Assembly: GCA_020845975.1 (NCBI GenBank)
Contig: JADLET010000005.1
Location: 1 to 59,219, forward strand
DNA from: Gammaproteobacteria bacterium
Lineage (GTDB): Bacteria > Pseudomonadota > Gammaproteobacteria > SZUA-140
Length of the DNA stretch: 59,219 bases
Direction: 5' to 3'
Shown piece after piece: positions 36,776-46,064 of this stretch; positions within the stretch are counted from its first letter, which is position 1; the number at the start of each line of letters is the position of its first letter. Below the pieces are notes generated by a model, which was not told the DNA's origin, made no database searches, and saw only the letters and a program-made list of their open reading frames with translations. Both the position numbers and the translations under genes were made by a program.

Positions 36776-37882
36776 TCAGAACATCACGAAGGCCCAGCTC
36801 AGGATGGTGGACGTCGTGCTGTCGGCAAGTTCCGGTTCGCGCCGATTGACCTCGAGTATGAGGGCGTTGGATTCACTGAAGTCGTAGCGCAGGGCGAACA
36901 CATCGCGGGTCTCGGTGCCAAGCGCATCCCGACCCAGCAGGGCGGGATCCATGAAATAGGCGTCGTTGTCCTCGAACTTCATTGACTCGCGCCGGTAGGT
37001 CGCCTTCAGCTGGTCGGTCAGGTTGTAGCCGAACTGGGCGAAATAGGCCGTCGCTGTATGGCTGCCGGCATCGCCAACACCGGGCTGGAGATCGTTCTCC
37101 AGGCGATACACCTCGGCAAGCAGGCAGAACTTCTCATATTCATAGCGCAGGTCGAAGCCGATTAGCGATTGCTGCACCAGATCTTCGCCACGTTCGACAA
37201 ACAAGCCATTATCGGACGACTCGACCACGTTGTTGCGCATAACGGATATGCCCGGCATGAACGGCACGTCGGACCTGGCATAGCTCAGCCGCCCGAATAC
37301 GGACTTGCCAGCGCTCAAGTCGTCCCGGTTGGGGACCTCGAGCCGGCTTTCCGCCTCCGTGTCAATGGTGTTGCTGTTGGCAATTCCCGCCTCGTAGTGC
37401 AGACCGGCGCCGCCGATGGCGCCCTCGGCCAGCAGGCCGATCATGTGCATCGGCATGATCGCGTTGACGGAGCCCTCGAAACTCAGGATGAACGGTCGCG
37501 ACACCGTGTCCTGCATCAGGATGCCGTGGTGAAAATGGCGGCTCCAGTAGCCCAGCGGGGGATGGAACCGGCCCATTCCCAGATTGAACGACTCCGAGAA
37601 TTCGCGCATGATCCAGTAGCGCTGGATCTCGTATTCGAAGTCGCCGGAAAAGGTCTGGAACTGGAGCTCGAACAGGGCCTTGGTCTTGTCATCGATATAT
37701 TGCGCGGCGTAGAAATCGAGGCTGCCGATCCGGAAGTTGGCCTCGTCATCGGGAACGTCACTGGCAATGTAGCTGAGATCGCCGAAGACGCCGAGGTCGA
37801 GCGCCCGGGCTGTGTTGCCGCCGCACATCAGCGCGACCGCGCACGCCGCCATCACCCCGAACGTCCGCCTGCTCTTGATCAT
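36776..37882 (-). CDS. Outer-membrane beta-barrel (porin-like) protein, function unknown
   Basis: 368 aa from ATG 37882, which has a strong SD (GGGGAGGA, 6-nt spacing). It has a signal peptide ending ARA, alternating beta-strand-like sequence and a C-terminal aromatic residue (...WAFVMF). Confidence 0.6.
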   Translation of the reverse strand: MIKSRRTFGVMAACAVALMCGGNTARALDLGVFGDLSYIASDVPDDEANFRIGSLDFYAAQYIDDKTKALFELQFQTFSGDFEYEIQRYWIMREFSESFNLGMGRFHPPLGYWSRHFHHGILMQDTVSRPFILSFEGSVNAIMPMHMIGLLAEGAIGGAGLHYEAGIANSNTIDTEAESRLEVPNRDDLSAGKSVFGRLSYARSDVPFMPGISVMRNNVVESSDNGLFVERGEDLVQQSLIGFDLRYEYEKFCLLAEVYRLENDLQPGVGDAGSHTATAYFAQFGYNLTDQLKATYRRESMKFEDNDAYFMDPALLGRDALGTETRDVFALRYDFSESNALILEVNRREPELADSTTSTILSWAFVMF

Positions 37883-37936
37883 GCTAGTCCTCCCCCTGTA
37901 CACCGGCGATACAAATCCGTCACGCGCCGTGCAAGA

Positions 37937-38380
37937 TCAATCCGCACGCAACAGTACCCTGGCCGAGTCAGTCGCCGCATCCGGGCTGACATAACCGATC
38001 CGCCCCGGCGCCTCGTTGACCCACTTGACCACCGAACGCTCATCGAGCTTTGTGTCCGGCGGCGAACCCTTGCCGGTGAAGATGCGTTTTGCCCAGTAGG
38101 CCTTTACCTGCGTGGTGTCCTTTCCGATCACCTTCTCATAAAACTCATCGCGCACTGAATTCCCGCTCGGCAGATCGATCACTTCGACGCGAATACCGTT
38201 GTCGAGCTGCACGGTCTTGCCCAGATAGAGATTACGCACGGTCTTTTCGCTGAGCGTCGACACGTCGAGCCCGGGGCTACCGATCACGACCACCCCGGCA
38301 TCGGCCATGGCCGACAACAGCACAAAAGACAGCAGCGTGCCGGACACGCATCCCGCCTTGCTGACCCGAATTCCTGGCAT
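37937..38380 (-). CDS. Small periplasmic PstS/PBP-like substrate-binding-domain protein
   Basis: 147 aa from ATG 38380 (SD AGGAGAGAGG) with a signal peptide. The sequence VVVIGSP...LYLGK...FYEKVIGK...KAYWAKRIFTGKG.PP...IGYV is typical of the roughly 140-aa 'phosphate ABC substrate-binding-like' family. Confidence 0.7.
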   Translation of the reverse strand: MPGIRVSKAGCVSGTLLSFVLLSAMADAGVVVIGSPGLDVSTLSEKTVRNLYLGKTVQLDNGIRVEVIDLPSGNSVRDEFYEKVIGKDTTQVKAYWAKRIFTGKGSPPDTKLDERSVVKWVNEAPGRIGYVSPDAATDSARVLLRAD

Positions 38381-38473
38381 CCTCTCTCCTCGCGGACACC
38401 GGACACACCGCGGCGCATCCGTTTCCTTGCACGCCGGGCGGGCATCTCCGGCCGCGGCCCGCCTTTCCTCGCG

Positions 38474-38491
38474 CATCCGATATCGGATGCA
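38474..38491. promoter_or_regulatory. Perfect 18-bp palindrome, candidate operator upstream of the PBP-like/porin pair
   Basis: GCATCCGATATCGGATGC lies 94-111 nt upstream of ATG 38380. No U-tract flanks it on either strand, so it is not a good terminator. Confidence 0.3.
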
Positions 38492-38579
38492 GCATTGCAG
38501 CTTTAAACAGGATTCTCCTGCAAAAGGCAAGCGCTGCCTACGTTAGGATGACATACGCGCCTCGTATGTGCCCGCAAGA

Positions 38580-39818
38580 TCATCCCGCCGGTTTGCAGGC
38601 CAGGAGCAGATCCATGACATTGGTACCGCTGGCGCCGGCAGGAATCAGGTCATTGCTCGCCTCGAGAAAGGCACCGGCATCCGCACGCCGAAGGCTCTCC
38701 AGCGGGTCCAGGCCGCGCGCGCGACCGCGTGCAACGGTATCGCCGTCAATCACCGCCCCCGCCGCGGCCCCAGGCCCGTCTCCCCCATCGGTCCCGGCCG
38801 CGAGCAGGACATGCCCGGACAGACCGGCGAGCTCCGCCGCAGCGGCAAGCGCGAGATGCTGGCAACGCCCGCCACGCCCTGGAGCCTCGGGCAAGGTCAC
38901 CACCGTCTCACCCGACCAGACATGCAGCAACGGGCCTTCGTCGCGGAGAAGACGGGCGAGACGCCTGCCCGCCTGCTCCGCCTCACCGGTAATCAGCTCC
39001 GGATACTGGCGCACGCGATATCCCAGGGCATGCGCGCATTCCGCGGCGGACAGGCGCGCGTCACGGGAAGTGGCGATGAGACGTGTCTCGATGGCGCTAA
39101 AACACGGCGCGCCGGCAGCGGGCGGATCCGGCGTATAAGCGGCGAGCTCCGCCAGCCACGCCGGCGGCTCGCGGCCCGGCGGTCCGTTCGACGCGGCGGG
39201 GGTCAACAGGCCGGAGCCGATCACGGCGGGATCGTCGCCGGGCACGTCGGAAATCAGCAACTGCAGTGTACGCACGCCGCCCAGATACGAGGCCAGTCGG
39301 CCGCCCTTGATAAGCGAGAGCCGTGTGCGCACGCGATTGATCGCGGCAATATCCCAGCCGCAGCCCAGCAGCCAGTCGTGCGCGCGCCGGAGATCGGCGA
39401 ACCGGACCGGTTCCGGCGGCGCCTCCACCAGCGCGGAGGCGCCGCCGGAGATCAGGAACAGAAAGGTCGACGGCGCAGGGGCGCGCGCAATGAACCCGAA
39501 CAGATCGATCCCCGCGCGCAGACTGTTCGCATCGGGCAGCGGATGACCGGCCTCGATGGTGGTGACCGGCACGCCGGAAGGAAGGCCCGCCGTGGCATGG
39601 CCGTATTTCGTGATGACCATCACCGACTCAACCGCCGCGCCGAGCGCATCACAGGCGCCGATTGCCATCGGCCCCGCGGCTTTGCCGATGGCAATCACGC
39701 GCACCCGCGCGCCCGGCTCCCAGCCTGCCAGGTGCGTGCGCACCCGGTCGCGGCCGTTCACGGAGGCCACGGCATGGCGATAGATCTCCAGCAGATCGGA
39801 ACGCGCGTCGCGCTTCAC
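38580..39818 (-). CDS. Glycerate kinase / hydroxypyruvate reductase-like protein (DUF4147 + MOFRL family)
   Basis: 412 aa with a C-terminal MOFRL signature (AAGTDGGDGP..AAGAVIDG...TGASGTNVMDL) and the typical N-terminal domain. Confidence 0.85.
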   Translation of the reverse strand: MKRDARSDLLEIYRHAVASVNGRDRVRTHLAGWEPGARVRVIAIGKAAGPMAIGACDALGAAVESVMVITKYGHATAGLPSGVPVTTIEAGHPLPDANSLRAGIDLFGFIARAPAPSTFLFLISGGASALVEAPPEPVRFADLRRAHDWLLGCGWDIAAINRVRTRLSLIKGGRLASYLGGVRTLQLLISDVPGDDPAVIGSGLLTPAASNGPPGREPPAWLAELAAYTPDPPAAGAPCFSAIETRLIATSRDARLSAAECAHALGYRVRQYPELITGEAEQAGRRLARLLRDEGPLLHVWSGETVVTLPEAPGRGGRCQHLALAAAAELAGLSGHVLLAAGTDGGDGPGAAAGAVIDGDTVARGRARGLDPLESLRRADAGAFLEASNDLIPAGASGTNVMDLLLACKPAG

Positions 39819-39848
39819 GTGGGGACTACCGCGCGGATTCCCGCTTTC

Positions 39849-41036
39849 CTACAAGGCGGCGAATCCACGTTTCAGATCGGCCATGAGGTCTTCGACATCC
39901 TCGAGCCCGGCTGCGATGCGCACCAGCCCTTCGCGAATGCCGGCGGCCTCGCGCGCCTCCGCCGTAAGGCGTCCATGCGTGGTGGTCGCCGGATGCGTGA
40001 TCGAGGACTTCGTGTCGCCGAGGTTGGCAGTGACGGAGATCAGCTTCACCGCGTTGATGAAACGCCATGCCTCGGCGCGGCCGCCCTCCAGCTCGAAGGC
40101 GAGCAAACCGCCGAAGCCGCTCTGCTGACGTCGCGCGAGCTCGCTCTGTGGATGCTCCGGCAAACCGGCGTAGTACACCTGCCGCACCACGGACTGCCGC
40201 CCGAGCCATTCGGCCAGATGCTGCGCATTGGCGCTGTGCGCCCGCATGCGCACCGCCAGTGTCTCCAGGCCCTTGAGAAACACCCAGGCATTGAATGGGC
40301 TGAGACACGCGCCCGTGGTACGCAGCGCGCCGTACACCTCCCTGCCGACCAGCGCCTCGCTGCCGACGATCGCGCCTCCGATACAACGTCCCTGTCCGTC
40401 AATGTACTTCGTCGCCGAGAGCACGACGATGTCGGCGCCCAGCGCGAGCGGCCGCTGCAGCGCCGCCGTGCAGACGGTGTTGTCGACCGCCAGCAGACAC
40501 CCATGTCGATGCGCCAGCGCGGCGAGGGCTGCGATATCGGCGATCTGCGCGAGCGGATTGGCCGGCGTCTCGACGAACAGCAGGCGGGTATTCGGTCGCA
40601 GCGCGGATTCCCATGCCGCCAGCTCCGTCAGGGAAACGAAGCTCGTCTCGATGCCGAATCGTCCGAGGTAATTGCCGAACAGCAGCGCGGTATTGCCAAA
40701 CACGCCGTGCGCGCAGATCACGTGGTCGCCGGCCTTGAGCAGGCCGAGACAGGCGGTGAGTATCGCTGCCATTCCGGAAGATGTCGCCACGCAACGCTCG
40801 CCACCCTCGAGTGCCGCCAGTCGCCGCTCGAAGGCGTTGACGGTGGGATTGGTGAACCGCGAATAGACATTGCCCGGCTCCGCGCCGGAGAAACGCGCCG
40901 CAGCCTGCTCGGCGCTGCCGAACACGAAGCTGGACGTCGTGAAGATCGGCTCCGATTGCTCGCCCTGCTCCGTGCGCCGCACCCCGGCGCGAACTCCGCG
41001 GGTCGAAAACCCGTATTCGTCGACCTCATCCGTCAT
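39849..41036 (-). CDS. metZ: O-succinylhomoserine sulfhydrylase (Cys/Met-metabolism PLP enzyme)
   Basis: 395 aa from ATG 41036 with the PLP-lysine motif SATKYIDGQG. The purF-metZ adjacency matches what I recall for Pseudomonas. Confidence 0.88.
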   Translation of the reverse strand: MTDEVDEYGFSTRGVRAGVRRTEQGEQSEPIFTTSSFVFGSAEQAAARFSGAEPGNVYSRFTNPTVNAFERRLAALEGGERCVATSSGMAAILTACLGLLKAGDHVICAHGVFGNTALLFGNYLGRFGIETSFVSLTELAAWESALRPNTRLLFVETPANPLAQIADIAALAALAHRHGCLLAVDNTVCTAALQRPLALGADIVVLSATKYIDGQGRCIGGAIVGSEALVGREVYGALRTTGACLSPFNAWVFLKGLETLAVRMRAHSANAQHLAEWLGRQSVVRQVYYAGLPEHPQSELARRQQSGFGGLLAFELEGGRAEAWRFINAVKLISVTANLGDTKSSITHPATTTHGRLTAEAREAAGIREGLVRIAAGLEDVEDLMADLKRGFAAL

Positions 41037-41072
41037 TGCACGCCTCCCGGCAATACACGGCCACACGCCATG

Positions 41073-41105
41073 GCCCATAAACAAAAAAACCCGCATTGGC
41101 GCGCG
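41073..41105 (-). terminator. Intrinsic terminator within the metZ leader
   Basis: Minus-strand RNA reads CCUGCUUUGGC-GCGC-GCCAAUGCGGG (10 bp plus 1 mismatch) followed by UUUUUUU. It lies 37-69 nt upstream of the metZ ATG. Confidence 0.7.
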
Positions 41106-41162
41106 CCAAAGCAGGTGTTCCGCTTTAGCCGCATTTATTACGCGCCCGCAAGCTGTAGATCA
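41106..41162 (-). ncRNA. Candidate SAM-II-like (SAM_alpha) riboswitch aptamer in the metZ leader
   Basis: RNA: GCGCC-GAUUUGAUCUACAGCUUGCG-GGCGC-GUAAUAAAUGCG-GCUAAAGCGG. It has a P1 helix, a U-rich L1, a GCUU loop segment complementary to the downstream AAGC tail (pseudoknot), and a tail that can alternatively pair with the terminator 5' arm. The match is to my remembered consensus only. Confidence 0.4.
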
Positions 41163-41168
41163 AATCGG

Positions 41169-41197
41169 CGCCTGGCAAAGAGTAGGAAACACGCGGC
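41169..41197 (-). promoter_or_regulatory. Candidate sigma70 promoter of the metZ leader
   Basis: On the minus strand, TTGACA (41197-41192), a 17-nt spacer, then TACTCT (41174-41169), located 26 nt after the purF stop. Confidence 0.5.
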
Positions 41198-41222
41198 GGC
41201 TTGTCAAGCCGTCGCGCCGCGG

Positions 41223-42725
41223 CTACAGGCTCAGCATGTTGCCGCCGGTATCCTTGCCGCGCCGGACCTTGTTATCGTCGCTGCGCTGACGCTCGAGCGC
41301 CTGCAGATAATCCTCGGTGACATCGCCGGTGACGTACTCGCCGTTGAAACACGAGGTATCGAAGCGTTTGATGCGCGTATTGCCCTTGCCCACCGCCTTG
41401 ATCAGGTCGTCCAGATCCTGATAGAAGACGGCATCCGCGCCGATCCTGCGCGCCACCTCTTCCTCGCTGCGGTTATGCGCGATCAGCTCGTGCGCCGCCG
41501 GCATATCGATGCCGTATACGTTGGGGTAACGCACCGGCGGAGCGGCGGAGGCGAAATAGACCTTCTTCGCGCCGGCGTCACGCGCCATGCGGATGATCTC
41601 GTCGGAGGTCGTGCCGCGCACGATGGAATCATCCACCAGCAGCACGCTCTTGCCCTTGAATTCGAGATCGATGGCGTTCAGCTTCTGGCGCACCGATTTC
41701 TTGCGCATCTGCTGCCCCGGCATGATGAAGGTGCGGCCGATGTAGCGGTTCTTGATGAACCCCTCGCGATAATTGACGCCCAGCTCGTGGGCGAGCGCCA
41801 GCGCGGCGGTTCGACTGGTATCGGGGATCGGAATCACGACGTCGATGTGATGACCGGGGAAATCCCGCTTGATCTTCGCGGCCAGCTTTTCGCCCATGCG
41901 CAGGCGCGCCTTGTACACGTAAATGTCGTCGATGACCGAATCCGGCCGCGCCAGATAGACATATTCGAAGATGCAGGGCGAATGCTGCGGTTTATCCGCG
42001 CACTGGCGCGAATAGAGCGCGCCGTCCATCGAGATAAACACGGCTTCGCCCGGATCGATGTCGCGCACCAGTTCGAAGTCCAGCACGTCGAGCGCGACGC
42101 TCTCCGAGGCGATCATATACTCGGTGCCCTGATCCGTCTCGCGCTTGCCGAACACGATCGGGCGGATACCGTAGGGGTCGCGGAAACCGACGATGCCATA
42201 GCCGGTGATCATGGCGACCACGGCGTAGCCGCCGCGACAGCGGCGATGCACTCCGGCGACGGCGTCGAAGATATCTTTCTCATCAATGTGCATCTTGCCG
42301 CTCTTCTGCAGCTCGTGCGCGAAGACATTGAGCAGCACCTCGGAGTCGGACTCGGTATTGATGTGGCGCTTGTCCTCGCGGAACAGATCCTGTTTGAGCT
42401 TCTCCGCGTTGGTCAGGTTGCCGTTGTGGGCAAGCGCGATGCCGTAGGGGGAATTGACGTAGAACGGCTGCGCCTCGGACGGCAGCGTGCAGCCGGCGGT
42501 CGGATACCGCACATGACCGATCCCGCAGTTGCCGCGCAGGTTGATCATGTGCGAGGTGTCGAAAACGTCGCGCACGAGTCCATTGTCCTTGCGCAGAAAG
42601 AACTTGGTGCCTTCGCAGGTCATGATGCCCGCCGCGTCCTGTCCGCGGTGTTGCAGCACGGTGAGTCCGTCGTACAACGACTGGTTTGTATAACTACGGC
42701 GCACCGCGCCGATAATGCCGCACAT
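41223..42725 (-). CDS. purF: Amidophosphoribosyltransferase
   Basis: 500 aa with the MCGI(I)G N-terminal nucleophile Cys, the Ntn-glutaminase domain and a PRT motif ([13 protein letters not shown]). Confidence 0.96.
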   Translation of the reverse strand: MCGIIGAVRRSYTNQSLYDGLTVLQHRGQDAAGIMTCEGTKFFLRKDNGLVRDVFDTSHMINLRGNCGIGHVRYPTAGCTLPSEAQPFYVNSPYGIALAHNGNLTNAEKLKQDLFREDKRHINTESDSEVLLNVFAHELQKSGKMHIDEKDIFDAVAGVHRRCRGGYAVVAMITGYGIVGFRDPYGIRPIVFGKRETDQGTEYMIASESVALDVLDFELVRDIDPGEAVFISMDGALYSRQCADKPQHSPCIFEYVYLARPDSVIDDIYVYKARLRMGEKLAAKIKRDFPGHHIDVVIPIPDTSRTAALALAHELGVNYREGFIKNRYIGRTFIMPGQQMRKKSVRQKLNAIDLEFKGKSVLLVDDSIVRGTTSDEIIRMARDAGAKKVYFASAAPPVRYPNVYGIDMPAAHELIAHNRSEEEVARRIGADAVFYQDLDDLIKAVGKGNTRIKRFDTSCFNGEYVTGDVTEDYLQALERQRSDDNKVRRGKDTGGNMLSL

Positions 42726-42728
42726 TGC

Positions 42729-43253
42729 CTACCCTCCGTCCGCGAATTCGTCCGCGGCCCGCGGAATCGACTGCACGATCCCGTCCGCGACGCCACCCAA
42801 CCCATCCCACGCCCAGTCCGACAGGATGGTGAAATAACCGATCAGCCGCGACTGCTGCCAGGCCGCGTTCTGCGCCAGCGGCGTCAGCGCCGCCATCATC
42901 ACCAGCACGGCCACCACCACGACGCCGCGCAGAGCGCCGAACAGCGCTCCAATGAAGCGGTCGGCGAAACCCAGGCCTCCCGCGCGCACCAGCCGCGAAA
43001 CGAGGCTGCCAAACAGCATGCCGGCAACCAGAACGACAAGGAATATGAGCAGGAAGGCCGTGCCCATCCGGACACTTTCATAAGGGACCGCTCCCTCCAA
43101 CGTACTGGAAACCGGGTACGAATAGCGAAAGGCCAGCCAGAACGACAACACCCATACCGCCAGTGAAATGACCTCTTTTACCACGCCACGGAACAGGCTC
43201 AGCAACGTCGACAGCGCGAGCACGGCGATAACGACTATGTCAAGCCACGTCAT
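42729..43253 (-). CDS. cvpA: Colicin V production protein CvpA family membrane protein
   Basis: 174 aa with four TM helices, the GFADR motif and the conserved cvpA-purF position. Confidence 0.9.
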   Translation of the reverse strand: MTWLDIVVIAVLALSTLLSLFRGVVKEVISLAVWVLSFWLAFRYSYPVSSTLEGAVPYESVRMGTAFLLIFLVVLVAGMLFGSLVSRLVRAGGLGFADRFIGALFGALRGVVVVAVLVMMAALTPLAQNAAWQQSRLIGYFTILSDWAWDGLGGVADGIVQSIPRAADEFADGG

Positions 43254-43276
43254 CCCGGCGAGGCCTTATTCTACCA

Positions 43277-43816
43277 CTATTCGGTGCGCGTGCCGCGCCC
43301 GTCATAACTGACCACAACGGCATTCAGCTTCATGTCCCGGGCAACTTTCTCGCGCACCTGCTCGCTGCGGGCGCGCTCCATCTCGGGTCCGATGCGCACA
43401 CGCAGCACCGGCTTGCCGTCGACCACCTCACGATCGATGAATACCGCCTTGTAGCCCTTGGCGCGCAACTGGTCGCGCAGCGCGCGGGCATTCTCCTCGC
43501 TGGAGAAACTGCCCGCCTGCACCACCCACGCGGCCGGACGGCCCGCGGCCGGCGGCTCCGTGGAGGATGCCGATGCGGCGGGCTCCGCATCGCCCGGCGG
43601 GACGGCGTCTCCCGAGGTGGCCAGCGGCACCTCCTCGATGTGGAAATCCCGGGGTTGCTCCGGAATATTGTCCCGTGCGGACAGGTGGAGTTGTTCAGCG
43701 TCGAAATCGAGCACCAGCGGAACCACGATCACCGCCAGGGCGATGAGCACCAGGGCGCCCACCAGACGGTGCTGGAGATTCGGCCGCTGGCCTTCCTGCT
43801 GTCTGTATTCCTTCAT
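43277..43816 (-). CDS. dedD: SPOR-domain cell-division protein (DedD-like)
   Basis: 179 aa with an N-terminal TM, a Pro/Ala linker and a C-terminal SPOR domain (WVVQAGSFSSEENARALRDQLRAKGY). It sits between folC and cvpA. Confidence 0.75.
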   Translation of the reverse strand: MKEYRQQEGQRPNLQHRLVGALVLIALAVIVVPLVLDFDAEQLHLSARDNIPEQPRDFHIEEVPLATSGDAVPPGDAEPAASASSTEPPAAGRPAAWVVQAGSFSSEENARALRDQLRAKGYKAVFIDREVVDGKPVLRVRIGPEMERARSEQVREKVARDMKLNAVVVSYDGRGTRTE

Positions 43817-45135
43817 GACTGTGCAGATTCTAGCTCAGAGGATGCGCCGATGACACCGTTACCCAAGGCGCGCATTACCGCGCCGACGGTATAGAACGAT
43901 CCGAAGACAACGATCCGGTCGCCGGGCTGTGCCGCGGACCGGGCGGATCGCAATGCAGCCGCGGGATCGACGCAGAGACTGACCGCCGTCCCCGGCGCAT
44001 GGACTGCGATCCCGTCCCGCAGGCGCTCGACAGGCGCTGCCCGTTCCACCGCCAGCGCGCCCACATACCATGCGTCCACGACGCCGGACAGGGACGATAT
44101 CATACCGTCGATATCCTTGTCGCCGAGGATGGCCGTTATTGCCAGTGTGCGCCCCGAAGCAGGCCGCTCCGCCAGCGTGCGCGCCAGCGCCTGCGCGCCC
44201 TCCAGGTTATGGGCGACGTCCAGTATGCACGGCACGCCGTCCACAAGCAGGCTCTGAAAACGCCCCGCCAGGGAAACCTTGCGCAGGCCCATATCCAGGG
44301 CGGCACGCCCCACGTCCAGGCGGTCCTCGAGCAGGCGCAGCGCCATCAGCACGCCCGCGGCATTACGGTACTGAAAGCGGCCCGCCAGGGCAGGCGCCGG
44401 GAGACCTTCCAGGCGGATACCGCCGCCCCGCCACGACCAGGCGCCAGCCGCGCCCTCCTCCACCTCGTATCCAAAATCCCGTCCCGTCAGGTGCAGCCCG
44501 GCCCCCACGGCAGCGGCCGCGGCAAGCAGTGATCGCGGCGGGTCAGGATCGCCGCAGACCGCGGGACGGCCGCGGCGGAAGATTCCCGCCTTCTCCGCGC
44601 CGATGGCCTCGCGGTCGGGGCCGAGCCAGTCCACATGATCGATGCCGATGCCGGTCACCAGCGCCACGTCGGGATCCACCAGGTTTACCGCGTCCAGCCG
44701 CCCGCCCATGCCCACTTCGAGCACGACGACGTCGGGGTCAACACGTGTGAAGTGGTCAAGCGCCGCCAGCGTACCAAACTCGAAATAGGTCAGACTGGTA
44801 TCACCGCGCGCACGGTCCACGCGCTCGAAGGCCTGGCACAATTCCGCATCGTCCGCCTCCCGGCCGCCAATGCGAACACGCTCGTTGTAGCGCAGCAGGT
44901 GAGGGGAGGTATATGCGGCGACGCGATATCCCGCGGCGGTGAGGATTGATTCGAACAGGGCAACGCTGGACCCTTTGCCATTGGTCCCCGCCACCGTCAC
45001 CACGGGACTGGGCAGCGCGGCGTCGAGCCCGAGGGAAACAGCAACGCGGCGCACGCGTTCGAGCCCAAGCTCGATGCTGCGCGGATGCAGATCTTCGAGC
45101 CAGGCAAGCCAAGCATCGAGGGTGTCGAAGCGCAT
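43813..45135 (-). CDS. folC: Bifunctional folylpolyglutamate synthase/dihydrofolate synthase
   Basis: 440 aa with the Mur-ligase P-loop VAGTNGKGS and a 4-nt overlap with dedD. Confidence 0.93.
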   Translation of the reverse strand: MRFDTLDAWLAWLEDLHPRSIELGLERVRRVAVSLGLDAALPSPVVTVAGTNGKGSSVALFESILTAAGYRVAAYTSPHLLRYNERVRIGGREADDAELCQAFERVDRARGDTSLTYFEFGTLAALDHFTRVDPDVVVLEVGMGGRLDAVNLVDPDVALVTGIGIDHVDWLGPDREAIGAEKAGIFRRGRPAVCGDPDPPRSLLAAAAAVGAGLHLTGRDFGYEVEEGAAGAWSWRGGGIRLEGLPAPALAGRFQYRNAAGVLMALRLLEDRLDVGRAALDMGLRKVSLAGRFQSLLVDGVPCILDVAHNLEGAQALARTLAERPASGRTLAITAILGDKDIDGMISSLSGVVDAWYVGALAVERAAPVERLRDGIAVHAPGTAVSLCVDPAAALRSARSAAQPGDRIVVFGSFYTVGAVMRALGNGVIGASSELESAQS

Positions 45136-45172
45136 GGGATTCAGGGGGCGGCGCGGGCGACGCGCGACGGGG

Positions 45173-46033
45173 TCACGCCGGCGGGCGCTTGGTCATCATC
45201 GCGAGCAGGCCGTGGATCTTGTCGCGCATGTTGCGCCGGTCGATGATCAGGTCGATCGCCCCGTGCTCGAGCAGAAACTCACTGCGCTGGAAACCCGCCG
45301 GCAGCTTCTCGCGCACGGTCTGCTCGATCACGCGTGGACCTGCGAAGCCGATCAGGGCATTGGGCTCGGCGGCGTTGATGTCGCCGAGCATGGCGAGACT
45401 GGCGGACACTCCGCCCATGGTGGGATCGGTCATGATGGAAATGAACGGGATGCCCTTGGCGTTCAGCTTGGCCAGAACCGCGCTGGTCTTCGCCATCTGC
45501 ATCAGCGATACCAGCGCCTCCTGCATGCGCGCGCCGCCGCTGGCCGTGAAACACACCAGCGGAATCCCGCGCTCGAGACAGATATTGGCGCCGCGCACGA
45601 AACGCTCGCCCACCACGGACCCCATGGAGCCGCCCATGAAACTGAATTCGAAAGCGGCGGACACCAGCGGCAACCCCTTCACCTTGCCCATCATGACAAT
45701 GAGCGCATCTTTCTCGCCGGTCGCCTTCTGCGCCTGGATGAGACGATCGCGGTACTTCTTGGAATCGCGGAAACGCAGGAAATCCAGTGGCTCGATCTCG
45801 GCCCCGATTTCGACACGCGGATCGGAGTCCAGGAACATGTCAAGGCGCGCGCGCGCGCCGATGCGTTCGTGAAATCCACACTTGGGGCATACCCCGTAGC
45901 TGCGCTCGAGTTCGGCGCGATAGAGGATCTGGTTACAGGAGTTGCACTTGGTCCACAGGCCTTCGGGGATGGATTTCTTGCGTCCGCCTTCCGTGCGGAT
46001 CTTCGAGGGCAGCAGTTTCTCAAACCAGTTCAT
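45173..46033 (-). CDS. accD: Acetyl-CoA carboxylase carboxyltransferase subunit beta
   Basis: 286 aa with the N-terminal zinc ribbon CNSC...CPKC and the carboxyltransferase core (GGSMG, GGARMQE). Confidence 0.95.
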   Translation of the reverse strand: MNWFEKLLPSKIRTEGGRKKSIPEGLWTKCNSCNQILYRAELERSYGVCPKCGFHERIGARARLDMFLDSDPRVEIGAEIEPLDFLRFRDSKKYRDRLIQAQKATGEKDALIVMMGKVKGLPLVSAAFEFSFMGGSMGSVVGERFVRGANICLERGIPLVCFTASGGARMQEALVSLMQMAKTSAVLAKLNAKGIPFISIMTDPTMGGVSASLAMLGDINAAEPNALIGFAGPRVIEQTVREKLPAGFQRSEFLLEHGAIDLIIDRRNMRDKIHGLLAMMTKRPPA

Positions 46034-46064
46034 CGTTCAGCGAGGTCCATCCCAAAATTGATCG

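Noticed and set aside
38568-43166. A 1532-aa ORF on the + strand, the largest ORF in the window.
   Set aside because: It runs antisense through four well-supported minus-strand genes (MOFRL kinase, metZ, purF, cvpA) and their intergenic regions. Its translation is Arg/Gly/Ala/His-rich with no recognisable domain. It is the stop-codon-poor shadow frame typical of GC-rich DNA.
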